Translations under genes and position numbers: made by a program
Part shown: piece after piece, positions 14,301 through 28,258 of the stretch
Position numbering within the stretch: the first letter of the stretch is position 1
Layout of the letters: each line of letters begins with the position of its first letter
Source of the DNA: the human T2T-CHM13v2.0 reference genome, Homo sapiens
Assembly: GCF_009914755.1 (NCBI RefSeq)
Contig: NC_060939.1
DNA length: 64,000 nucleotides
Strand: one strand, 5' to 3'
Notes under the pieces: model-generated
Told to the model about the DNA's origin: nothing
Database searches by the model: none
The model's input: only the letters and a program-made list of their open reading frames with translations

Positions 14301-14885
14301 TTCATTCGATTCCATTCTGTTCAAATAAATTCCATTCGAGACCATTCCTTTCGAGTCCATTCTATTTGAGTCCATTCCATTCGAGTCCATTATATTTGGG
14401 TCCATTCCATTCAATTCCATTGCAATCGATTCCATTCGATGTCACTCCATTCATTTCTATTCCATTAGCGTCCATGTCATTCGAGTCCATTCCATTCTAT
14501 TCTATTCCACTCCATTCCATTCCATTCCACTCCATTCCATTCGATGCCGTTCCATTCAATTCTATTATATTCCACTCCATTTAATTCCATTCCATTCCAT
14601 TCCATTCCATTCTATCCAATTCCGTTCCATTCTATTCCTTTAAACTCCATTCCATTCCATTCCATTCGTTTCCATTCCATTCGAGTAAAGTCCACTCCAG
14701 TCCTTTCCATTCTAGTCCATTCCTCTCCAGTCCATTCCGTTCAATCCATTCCATTCCAGTCCATTCCATTCGAGTCCGTTCCATTCCAGTCCATTCCATT
14801 CGAGTCAATTCCATTCCATTCGATATCTTTCCATAACGATCCATTCCATTCTATTCCTTTCGATTCCATTCAATTCCATTCCATT
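11395..14885 (+). repeat. Standard monomer U4 (3,491 bp)
   Basis: Landmark spacing; same motif order as U1. Confidence 0.88.
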
Positions 14886-17800
14886 CTATTTCATTCCATT
14901 CGATTCCCTTCCATTGGACTCCTTTCCATTCGAGTGCATTCCATTCCGTTCCATTTCTTTCTGTTCTGTATGATTCCTACTGTTCGATTTCATTTTGTTC
15001 CAGTCTATTCCTTTCAAGTCCATTCCATTCCATTTCACTCCATTCGATTCCATTCCACGCGATTCCACTCCGTTCCATTTCATTGCATTCCATTCTATTC
15101 AATTCTATTGCATTCCACTCCATTCCATTTGATTACATTCCATGCGATTCCATTCGAATTCGAATCAATTACATTGCAATCCATTACTATTGAGTCCGTT
15201 TTATTCCAGTCCACTGCATTCTGGTCCATTCCATTTGATTCCATTCCATTCTATTCCATTCCATACAGTTGCATTCCATTGGATTCCATGCTATATCTAT
15301 AAATTCAATTCGAGACCATTGCTTTTGAGTCCATTCTATATGATTCCATTCCATTCAAGTCCATTACATTTGTTTCAATTCCATTCCATTCCATTCCCTT
15401 CCATTCCATTCCATTTGATATCAATCCATACGATTCCATTCCATTCGAGCACATTCCATTCGAGTCCATTCCATTCGATGCCATTCCATTTAATTCTATT
15501 CCATTAGACTCCATTCAATTCCATTAATCTCCATTCCATTCCATTCTACTCCAACTGATTCCATTCCATTCTATTCCTTTCCATTCCATTCCATTCCATT
15601 CGCTTCCATTCCATTCGTGTCCATTCCACTCCAGTCCATTCCATTCGTGTCCATTCCATTCCAGTCCATTCCATTTGTGTCCACCGCATTCCATTCCACT
15701 CCATTCCATATTATTCCATTACACTCCATTCCATTCTATTACTTTCATTTCCATTCAGTTCCATTCCATTTGATTCCATTCCACTCGGTTTCATTCCATT
15801 TGAGTCCATTCCATTCCATTCCATTCCATTCCATTCCATTCCGTTCCATTCCATTCTGTTCCATTCCATTCCATTCCATTCTATTGGGTACCATTCCATA
15901 TTGTTCCATTCGATTCCATTCGAATCCATTCCATTCCAGTCCATTCCATTCGATTCCATTCCATTCCTTTCAATTCCATTCCATTCCTTTCGACTCCTCT
16001 TGATTCCACTCCATTCCCTTCCACTGCATTCCATTCGATTCCATTCCATTGCATTGCATTCCATTCCATTGAATTGCATTCCATTCGATTACATTCCATT
16101 CGAATCAATTACATAGCAATCCATTACATTCGAGTCTGTTCTATTCCGTTCCATTTGATTTCGTTGCAATCCATTCGATTCCATTCCATTCGATTCCATT
16201 CCATACTATTGCATTCCATTCGATTAAATTATACTCGAATAAATTCCATTCAAGACCATTTCTGTTGAGTCCATTCTACTTGAGTACATTCCCTTTGATT
16301 CCACAACATTTGAGTCCATTCAATTCCATTCCTTTCGTTTCCATTCCATTTGATGCCATTCCATTCAATTCTGTTCTACTCGACTCCAATACATTCAATT
16401 CCATTCCATCCGATTCCATTACATTCTTTTCATTTCTTATCCATTTCAAGCCATTCCATTCCATTCCATTCCATTCCACTCGTTTCCTTTCCATTCGAGT
16501 CCATTCCACTCCAGTCCATTCCATTCGAATCCATTTCACTCCAGTCCATTCCGTTCGATTCCATTTCACTCCAGTCCATTAAATTCGAGTACATTCCATT
16601 CCATTCTATTCAATGCCATTCCATTCGATTCTATTCCATTCGACACCATTCCTTTCCATTCCGTTCCATCCGATTCCATTCCATTGTATTCCATTCCATT
16701 GCATTCCATTGCATTCCATTCGTTTCCATTACATTCGAATTCATTCCACTCAAGTCCATTCCATTCGAGTCCATTCCATTCGATATCATTCCATACTATT
16801 GCATTCCATTCGATTCCATTGTTTTCCAATAAATTCCAACCGAGACTGTTCCTTTCGTGTCCATTCTATTTGACTGCATTCCATTTGAGTCCATTAAATT
16901 TCTGCACATTCCATTCCTTTCCATTCCATTCCATTCCATTCCTTTCGGTGCCATTCCATTCCACTCTACTCCATTCAAGTCCATTCCATTTGAGTCCATT
17001 CCATTGATTCGATGCCATTACATTCAATTCTATTCCATTCGACTCCATTGCATTCCATTCCCTTCCAAACGATTCCATTCCATTCTATTACTTTCTATTC
17101 CAATCCATTCCATTCCGTTCCATTCGTTTCCATTCCATTCGAGTCCACTCCATTCCAGTCCATTCCATTCGAGTCCATTCCATTCCAGTCCATTCCATTC
17201 AAGTCCATTCCACTCCATTCCATTCCATTCGATATCTTTCGATAACACCCCATTCCATTCTGCTCCTTAGTATTCAATTCAATTCCATTCCATTTGATTC
17301 CATTCCATTTGATTACATTCCATTCGACTCCATTCCATTCGACTCTATTCCATTCGAGTCCATTCCATTCCATTCCATTGCATTCCGTTCGAATCCCTAT
17401 TCCATTCCATTTTGTTACTGTCCATTCCATTTGAGTCCATTCCACGCCAAACCATTCCATTCGATTCCATTCCAATAGATTCCATTGCACTTGAATCCAG
17501 TGCGTTCCATTCCATTGCTTTCCATTCTATCACATTCCATTCCATTCCATTGCATTACATTCCATTCCATTTGATTGCATTCCATTCAATTCCATTAATT
17601 TCGAATCAATTACATTGCAAGCCATTGCATTCGAGTTCTATTCCAGTCCATTGCATTCCGGTGCATGCCGTTCCATTCCATTCCATTCGCTTCCGTTCCA
17701 TTCGAATCGACTGCATTGCAATGCTTTACATTCGAGTCCGTTTTATTCCAGTCCAATCCATTCCGTTCCATTCCGTTCGATTCCATTCCATTCGATGCCA

Positions 17801-18406
17801 CTCCATACTATAGTATTTCATTCGATTCCATTCTATTCAAATAAATTCCATTCGAGACCATTCCTTTCGAGTCCATTCTATTTGAGTCCATTCCATTCGA
17901 GTCCATTATATTTGGGTCCACTCCATTCAATTCCATTGCAATCGATTCCATTCGATGTCACTCCATTCATTTCTATTCCATTAGAGTCCATGTCATTCGA
18001 GACCATTCCATTCTATTCTATTCCACTCCATTCCATTCCATTCCACTCCATTCCATTCGTTGCCGTTCCATTCAATTCTATTATATTCCCCTCCATTTAA
18101 TTCCATTCCATTCCATTCCATTCCATTCCATTCTATCCAATTCCGTTCCATTCTATTCCTTTAAAGTCCATTCCATTCCATTCCATTCGTTTCCACTCCA
18201 TTCGAGTAATGTCCACTCCAGTCCTTTCCATTCGAGTCCATTCATCTCCAGTCCATTCCGTTCAATCCATTCCATTCCAGTCCATTCCATTCGAGTCCGT
18301 TCCATTCCAGTCCATTCCATTCGAGTCAATTCCATTCCATTCGATATTTTTCCATAACGATCCATTCCATTCTATTCCTTTCGATTCTATTCAATTCCAT
18401 TCCATT
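14886..18406 (+). repeat. Standard monomer U5 (3,521 bp), near-identical to U1
   Basis: ORF set repeats at offset 14,885 with almost identical translations. Confidence 0.92.
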
Positions 18407-21400
18407 CTATTTCATTCCATTCGATTCCCTTCCGTTGGACTCCTTTCCATTCGAGTGCATTCCATTCCGTTCCATATCTTTCTGTTCTGTATGATTCCTA
18501 CCGTTCGATTTCATTTTGTTCCAGTCTATTCCTTTCAAGTCCATTCCATTCCATTTCACTCCATTCGATTCCATTCCACTCGATTCCACTCCGTTCCATT
18601 TCATTGCATTCCATTCTATTCAATTCTATTGCATTGCATTCCATTCCATTGGATTACATTCCATGCGATTCCATTCGATTTCGAATCAATTACATTGAAA
18701 TCCATTACTATTGTGTCCGTTTTATTCCAGTCCACTCCATTCTGCTCCATTCCATTTGATTCCATTCCATTCTATTCCATTCCGTACAGTTGCATTCCAT
18801 TGGATTCCATTCTATATCGATAAATTCAACTCGAGACCATTGCTTTTGAGTCCATTCTATATGATTCCATTCCATTCAAGTCCATTACATTTGGTTCAAT
18901 TCCATTCCATTCCATTCCCTTCCATTCCATTCCATTTGATATCAATCCATTCGATTCCATTCCATTCGAGCACATTCCATTCGAGTCCATTCCATTCGAT
19001 GCCATTCCATTTGATTCTATTCCATTAGTCTCCATTCAATTCCATTAATCTCCATTCCATTCCATTCTACTCCAACTGATTCCATTCCATTCTATTCCTT
19101 TCCGTTCCATTCCATTCCATTCCATTCGTTTCCATTCCATTCGTGTCCATTCCACTCCAGTCCATTCCGTTCGTGTCCATTCCATTCCACTCCATTCCAT
19201 TTGTGTCCACTGCATTCCATTCCACTCCATTCCATATTATTCCATTACACTCCATTCCATTCTATTACTTTCATTTCCATTCAGTTCCATTCCATTTGAT
19301 TCCATTCCACTCGGTTTCACTCCATTTGAGTTCATTCCATTCCATTCCATTCCATTCCATTCCATTCCATTCTGTTCCATTCCATTCCATTCCATTCGGT
19401 ACCATTCCATATTGTTCCATTCGATTCCATTCGAATCCATTCCATTCCATTCCATTCCATTCGATTCCATTCCATTCCTTTCCATTCCATTCCATTCCAT
19501 TCGATTCCACTTGATTCCACTCCATTCCCTTCCACTGCATTCCATTCGATTCCATTCCATTGCATTGCATTCCATTCCATTGGATTGCATTCCATTCGAT
19601 TCAATTCCATTCCAATCAATTACATAGCAATCCATTACATTCGAGTCTATTCTATTCCGTTCCATTCGATTTCGTTCCAATCCATTCGATTCCATTCCAT
19701 TCGATTCCATTCCATACTATTGCCTTCCATTCGATTAAATTATATTCGAATAAATTCCATTCAAGACCATTTCTGTTGAGTCTATTCTACTTGAGTCCAT
19801 TCCTTTTGATTCCATAACATTTGAGTCCATTCAATTCCATTCCTTTCGTTTCCATTCCATTTGATGCCATTCCATTCAATTCTGTTCTACTCGACTCCAA
19901 TACATTCAACTCCATTCCATCCGATTCCATTACATTCTTTTCATTTCTTATTCATTTCAAGCCATTCCATTCCATTCCACTCGTTTCCTTACCATTCGAG
20001 TCCATTCCATTCGAATCCATTTCACTCCAGTCCATTAAATTCGAGTACATTCCATTCCATTCTATTCAATGCCATTCCATTCGATTCTATTCCATTCGAC
20101 ACCATTCCTTTCCATTCCGTTCCATCCGATTCCATTCCATTGTATTCCATTCAATTCCATTCCATTGCATTCCATTCGTTTCCATTCCATTCGAATTCAT
20201 TCCACTCAAGTCCATTCCATTCGAGTCCATTCCATTCGATATCATTCCATGCTATTGCATTCCATTCGATTCCATTGTTTTCGAATAAATTCCAACCGAG
20301 ACCGTTCCTTTCGTGTCCATTCTATTTGACTGCATTCCATTTGAGTCCATTAAATTTCTGCACATTCCATTCCTTTCCATTCCATTCCATTCCATTCCTT
20401 TCGGTGCCATTCCATTCCACTCTACTCCATTCAAGTCCATTCCATTTGAGTCCATTCCATTGATTCGATGCCATTACTTTCAATTCTATTACATTAGACT
20501 CCATTCCATTCCATTCCCTTCCAAACGATTCCATTCCATTTTATTACTTTCTATTCCAATCCATTCCATTCCGTTCCATTCGTTTCCATTCCATTCGTGT
20601 CCACTCCATTCCATTCCATTCCATTCGATTCCATTCCATTCCAGTCCATTCCATTCAAGTCCATTCCACTCCATTCCATTCCATTCGATATCTTTCGATA
20701 ACACCCCATTCCATTCTGCTCCTTACTATTCTTTCCGGCGCATTCCGTTCCAATCCATTCCATTCCATTCCATTCCATTTGAATCCATTGCATTGCAATG
20801 CTTTACATTCGAGTCCGTTTTATTCCAGTCCAATCCATTCTGGTCCATTCCGTTCGATTCCATTCCATTCGATGCCACTCCATACTATTGTATTTCATTC
20901 GATTCCATTCTATTCAAATAAATTCCATACGAGACCATTCGTTTCGAGTCCATTCTATTTGAGTCCATTATATTTGGGTCCATTCCATTCAATTCCATTG
21001 CAATCCATTCCATTCGATGTCACCCCATTCATTTCTGTTCCATTAGAGTCCATGTCATTCGAGTCCATTCCATTCTATTCTATTCCACTCCATTCCATTC
21101 CATTCCACTCCATTCCAATTGTTGCCGTTCCATTCAATTCTATTATATTCCGCTCCATGTAATTCCATTGCATTCCATTCCATTCCATTCCATTCTATCC
21201 AATTCCGTTCCATTCTATTCCTTTAAAGTCCATTCCATTCCATTCCATTCATTTCCATTCCATTCGAGTAAAGTCCACTCCAGTCCTTTCCATTCGAGTC
21301 CATTCCTCTCCAGTCCATTCCGTTCAATCCATTCCATTCCAGTCCATTCCATTCGAGTCCGTTCCATTCCAGTCCGTTCCATTCGAGTCAATTCCATTCC

Positions 21401-21468
21401 ATTTGATATCTTTCCATAACGATCCATTCCATTCTATTCCTTTCAATTCCATTCAATTCCATTCCATT
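18407..21468 (+). repeat. Monomer U6 (3,062 bp), copy of deleted U2
   Basis: Same deletion junction at ~20730; ORF offset 14,885 then 14,875. Confidence 0.88.
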
Positions 21469-24400
21469 CCATTTCATTCCATTCGATTCCCTTCCATTGG
21501 ACTCCTTTCCATTCGAGTGCATTCCATTCCGTTCCATTTCTTTCTGTTCTGTATGATTCCTACTGTTCGATTTCATTTTGTTCCAGTCTATTCCTTTCAC
21601 GTTCATTCCATTCCATTTCACTCCATTCGATTCCATTCCACTCGATTCCACTCCGTTCCATTTCACTGCATTCCATTCTATTCAATTCTATTGCATTCCA
21701 TTCCATTCCATTTGATTACATTCCATGCGATTCCATTCGAATTCGAATCAATTACATTGCAATCCATTACTATTGAGTCCGTTTTATTCCAGTCCACTCC
21801 ATTCTGGTCCATTCCATTTGATTCCATTCCATTCTATTCCATTCCATACAGTTGCATTCCATTCGATTCCATTCTATATCTATAAATTCAACTCGAGACC
21901 ATTGCTTTTGAGTCCATTCTATATGATTCCATTCCATTCAAGTCCATTACATTTGGTTCAATTCCATTCCATTCCATTCCCTTCCATTCCATTCCATTTG
22001 ATATCAATCCATTCGATTCCATTCCATTCGAGCACATTCCATTCGAGTCCATTCCATTCGATGCCATTCCATTTGATTCTATTCCATTAGTCTCCATTCA
22101 ATTCCACTAATCTCCATTCCATTCCATTCTACTCCAACTGATTCCATTCCATTCTATTCCATTTCATTCCATTCCATTCCATTCCATTCCATTCGCTTCC
22201 ATTCCATTCGTGTTCATTCCACTCCAGTCCATTCCATTCGTGTCCATTCCATTCCAGTCCATTCCATTTGTGTCCACTGCATTCCATTCCACTCCATTCC
22301 ATATTATTCCATTACACTCCATTCCATTCTATTACTTTCATTTCCATTCAATTCCATTCCATTTGATTCCATTCCACTCGGTTTCATTCCATTTGAGTCC
22401 ACTCCATTCCATTCCATTCCATGCCATGCCATTCCATTCCATTCCATTCCATTCCATTCCATTCTGTACCATTCCATATTGTTCCATTCGATTCCATTCG
22501 AATCCATTCCATTCCAGTCCATTCCATTCGATTCCATTCCATTACTTTCTATTCCATTCCTTTCAATTCCATTCCATTCCACTTGATTCCACTCCATTCC
22601 CTTCCACTGCATTCCATTCGATTCCATTCCATTACATTGCATTCCATTCCATTGGATTGCATTCCATTCGACTCCATTCCATTCCAATCAATTACATAGC
22701 AATCCATGACATTCGAGTCTATTCTATTCCGTTCCATTCGATTTCGTTCCAATCCATTCGATTCCATTCCATTCGATTCCATTCCATACTATTGCATTCC
22801 ATTCGATTAAATTATATTCGAATAAATTCCATTCAAGACCATTTCTGTTGAGTCCATTCTACTTGAGTCCATTCCCTTTGATCCGATAACATTTGAGTCC
22901 ATTCAATTCCATTCCTTTCGTTTCCATTCCATTTGATGCCATTCCATTCAATTCTGTTCTACTCGACTCCAATACATTCAATTCCATTCCATCCGATTCC
23001 ATTACATTCTTTTCATTTCTTATCCATTTCAAGCCATTCCATTCCATTCCATTCCATTCCACTCGTTTCCTTTCCATTCGAGTCCATTCCACTCCAGTCC
23101 ATTCCATTCGAATCCATTTCACTCCAGTCCATTCCATTCGAATCCATTTCACTCCAGTCCATTAAATTCGAGTACATTCCATTCCATTCTCTTCAATGCC
23201 ATTCCATTCGATTCTATTCCATTCGACACCATTCCTTTCCATTCCGTTCCATCCGATTCCATTCCATTGTATTCCATTCAATTCCATTCCATTGCATTCC
23301 ATTCCATTCCAATCGTTTCCATTCCATTCGAATTCATTCCACTCAAGTCCATTCCATTCGAGTCCATTCCATTCCAGTCCATTCCAACAGAGTCCATTGC
23401 TTTCCATTCCATTTGATATCTTCCCATTACAGTCCATTCCATTCTATTCCTTTGGTTCCCATTCAATTAAATTCCATTGGATTACATTTCATTCGATTCC
23501 ATTCCATTCGACTCCATTCCATTCGAGTCCATTCCATTCCAGTCCATTCCATTCGATTCCATTCCATTCGATTCCATTCCACTCATTTCCACTCCGTTGC
23601 ATTCCATTGCATTCCATTCCATTCCATTGGATTACATTCCATTCGATTCCATTCCATTCGAATCAATTGCATTGCAATGCATTACATTCATGCCCTTTCT
23701 ATTAAAGTCCAATCCATTATGGTCCATTCCATTCAATTCCATTCTATTCCATTCCATTCGAATCAATTACATTGCAATCCATCACATTCGAGTACGTTCT
23801 GTTCCAGTCCATTCAGTTCTGGTCTATTCCATTCAATTCCATTCCCTTTGATTCCATTCCATTTTTGTACATTCCATTGGATTCCATCTTATTGAAATAA
23901 GTTCTATTCGAGACCATTTCTTCGAGTCCAATCAATTTGAGTCCATTCCATTCGAGTCCATTACATCTGGGTCTATTCCATTCCATCCCATTCCGTTCGA
24001 TGCCATTCAATTTGATTCTTTTCCATTCGTCTCCATTCCTTTCCATTCAGTTCCACCGGATTCCATTCCATTCTATTCCTTTCCATTTCATTGCATTCCA
24101 TTCCATTCCTCTGGAGACCATTCCACTTCAGTGCATTCCATTCCAGTGTATTCCATTCCATTCCATTCTATTCCATTCCTTTCGATATCTTTCCATTACA
24201 CTCCATTCCATTGTATTCCTTTAGAGTCCTTTCAATTCCATTCTATTCGATTCCATTCAATTCAATTCCATTACATTCGACTCCATTTCATTAGTGTCCA
24301 TTGCAATCCATTCCTTTCCATTTCTTTATGTTCTATTCCATTCCGTTCGATTCCATTTTATTCCAGTCCATTCCATTCGAGTCCATTGCATTCCAGTGCA

Positions 24401-27400
24401 ATTCATTTGATTCCACTCCATTCGATTCCATTCCACTCAATTCCACTCCGTTCCATTCCTTTGCGTTCCTTTCTATTCCATTCCATTGCATTCCATTCCA
24501 TTCCATTCCATTCCATTCGATTCCATTCCATTACTTTCTATTCCATTCCTTTCAATTCCATTGCATTCCATTCCATTCCACTTGATTCCACTCCATTCCC
24601 TTCCACTGCATTCCATTCTATTCCATTCCATTGCATTGCATTCCATTCCATTGGATTGCATTCCATTCGAATCCATTCCATTCCAATCGATTACATAGCA
24701 ATCCATGACATTCGAGTCTATTCTATTCCGTTCCTTTCGATTTCGTTCCAATCCATTCGATTCCATTCCATTCGATTCCATTCCATACTATTGCATTCCT
24801 TTCCATTAAATTATATTCGAATAAATTCCATTCAAGACCATTTCTGTTGAGTCCATTCTACTTGAGTCCATTCCCTTTGATCCGATAACATTTGAGTCCA
24901 TTCAATTCCATTCCTTTCGTTTCCATTCCATTTGATGCCATTCCATTCAATTCTGTTCTACTCGACTCCAATACATTCAATTCCATTCCATCCGATTCCA
25001 TTACATTCTTTTCATTTCTTATCCATTTCAAGCCATTCTATTCCATTCCATTCCATTCCACTCGTTTCCTTTCCGTTCGAGTCCATTCCACTCCAGTCCA
25101 TTCCATTCGAATCCATTTCACTCCAGTCCATTCCATTCGAATCCATTTCACTCCAGTCCATTAAATTCGAGTACATTCCATTCCATTCTATTCAATGCCA
25201 TTCCATTCGATTCTATTCCATTCGACACCATTCCTTTCCATTCCGTTCCATCCGATTCCATTCCATTGTATTCCATTCAATTCCTTTTCATTGCATTCCA
25301 TTCCATTCCAATCGTTTCCATTCCATTCGAATTCATTCCACTCAAGTCCATTCCATTCGAGTCCATTCCATTCCAGTCCATTCCAACAGAGTCCATTGCT
25401 TTCCATTCCATTCGATATCTTCCCATTACAGTCCATTCCATTCTATTCCTTTGGTTCCCATTCAATTAAATTCCATTGGATTACATTTCATTCGATTCCA
25501 TTCCATTCGACTCCATTCCATGCGAGTCCATTCCATTCCAGTCCATTCCATTCGATTCCATTCCATTCGATTCCATTCCACTCATTTCCACTCCGTTGCA
25601 TTCCATTGCATTCCATTCCATTCCATTGGATTACATTCCATTCGATTCCATTCCATTCGAATCAATTGCATTGCAATGCATTACATTCATGCCCTTTCTA
25701 TTAAAGTCCAATCCATTATGGTCCATTCCATTCAATTCCATTCTATTCCATTCCATTCGAATCAATTACATTGCAATCCATCACATTCGAGTACGTTCTG
25801 TTCCAGTCCATTCAGTTCTGGTCTATTCCATTCAATTCCATTCCCTTTGATTCCATTCCATTTTTGTACATTCCATTGGATTCCATCTTATTGAAATAAG
25901 TTCTATTCGAGACCATTTCTTCGAGTCCAATCAATTTGAGTCCATTCCATTCGAGTCCATTACATCTGGGTCTATTCCATTCCATCCCATTCCGTTCGAT
26001 GCCATTCAATTTGATTCTTTTCCATTCGTCTCCATTCCTTTCCATTCAGTTCCACCGGATTCCATTCCATTCTATTCCTTTCCATTTCATTGCATTCCAT
26101 TCCATTCCCCTGGAGACCATTCCACTTCAGTGCATTCCATTCCAGTGTATTCCATTCCATTCCATTCTATTCCATTCCATTCGATATCTTTCCATTACAC
26201 TCCATTCCATTGTATTCCTTTACAGTCCATTCCATTCCATTCTATTTGATTCCATTCAATTCAATTCCATTACATTCGACTCCATTTCATTAGTGTCCAT
26301 TGCAATCCATTCCTTTCCATTTCTTTATGTTCTATTCCATTCCGTTCGACTCCTTTTTATTCCAGTCCATTCCATTCGAGTCCATTGCATTCCAGTGCAA
26401 TTCATTTGACTCCACTCCATTCGATTCCATTCCACTCAATTCCACTCCGTTCCATTCCTTTGCGTTCCTTTCTATTCCATTCCATTGCATTGCATTCCAT
26501 TCCATTCCATTCCATTCCATTCCATTCCATTCCATTCCATTCCATTCCATTTGTTTACATTCCATTGAATTCCAATCCAGTTGAATCAATTACATTGCAG
26601 TCCATTACATTCGAGTCTGTTCTATCCCAGTTCATTCGATTCTGGTGCATTCCATTCGATTCCATTCCATTCGATACCATTCCATACTATTGCAGTCCAT
26701 TCCATTCCATTGTTTTCGAATAAATTCCAATTGAGACCATTCCTTTCGTGTCCATTCTATTTGACTCCATTCCATTTGAGTCCATTAAATTTGTGCACAT
26801 TCCATTCCTTTCCATTCCATTCCATTCGGTGCCATTCCATTCCACTCTATTCCATTCAAGTCCATTCCATTTGAGTCCATTCCATTCCATTCGATGCCAT
26901 TACATTCAATTCTATTCCATTCGACTCCATTCCATTCCATTCCCTTCCAAACGATTCCATTCCTTTCTATTACTTTCTATTCCAATCCATTCCATTCCGT
27001 TCCATTCGTTTCCATTCCATTCGAGTCCACTCCACTCCAGTCCATTCCATTCCAGTCCATTCCATTCCAGTCCATTCCATTCAAGTCCATTCCACTCCAT
27101 TCCATTCCATTCGATATCTTTCGATAACACCCCATTCCATTCTGTTCCTTGCAATTCAATTCAATTCCATTCCATTTGATTCCATTCCATTTGATTACAT
27201 TCCATTCGACTCCATTCCATTCGACTCTATTCCATTCAAGTCCATTCCACTCCATTCCATTGCATTCCGTTCGAATCCCTATTCCATTCCATTTTGTTCC
27301 AGTCCATTCAATTTGAGTCCATTCCATGCCAATCCATTCCATTCGATTCCATTCCAATTGATTCCATTGCACTCGAATCCAGTGCGTTCCATTCCATTGC

Positions 27401-28258
27401 TTTCCATTCTAGTCCATTCCATTGCATTACATTCCATTCCATTTGATTACATTCCATTCCATTCCATTAATTTCGAATCAATTACATTGCAATCCATTGC
27501 ATTCGAGTTCTATTCCAGTCCATTGCATTCCGGCGCATTCCGTTCCATTCCATTCCATTCGATTCCATTCCATTCGAATCCATTGCATTGCAATGCTTTA
27601 CATTCGAGTCCGTTTTATTCCAGTCCAATCCATTCCGGTCCATTCCGTTCGATTCCATTCCATTCGATGCCACTCCATACTATTGTATTTCATTCGATTC
27701 CATTCTATTCAAATAAATTCCATACGAGACCATTTGTTTCGAGTCCATTCTATTTGAGTCCATTATATTTGGGTCCATTCCATTCAATTCCATTGCAATC
27801 CATTCCATTCGATGTCACCCCATTCATTTCTATTCCATTAGAGTCCATGTCATTCGAGTCCATTCCATTCTATTCCATTCCACTCCATTCCATTCCATTC
27901 CACTCTATTCCAATCGTTGCCGTTCCATTCAATTCTATTATATTCCACTCCATTTAATTCCATTCCATTCCATTCCATTCCATTCTATCCAATTCCGTTC
28001 CATTCTATTCCTTTAAAGTCCATTCCATTCCATTCCATTCATTTCCATTCCATTCGAGTAAAGTCCACTCCAGTCCTTTCCATTCGATTCCATTCCTCTC
28101 CAGTCCATTCCGTTCAATCCATTCCATTCCAGTCCATTCCATTCGAGTCCGTTCCATTCCAGTCCGTTCCATTCGAGTCAATTCCATTCCATTTGATATC
28201 TTTCCATAACGATCCATTCCATTCTATTCCTTTCAATTCCATTCCATTCCATTCCATT
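21469..28258 (+). repeat. Long-form monomer U7 (6,790 bp) with an internal 1,999-bp tandem duplication
   Basis: aacagagtcc at 23386 and 25385; ORFs 22933..23895 and 24932..25894. Confidence 0.85.
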
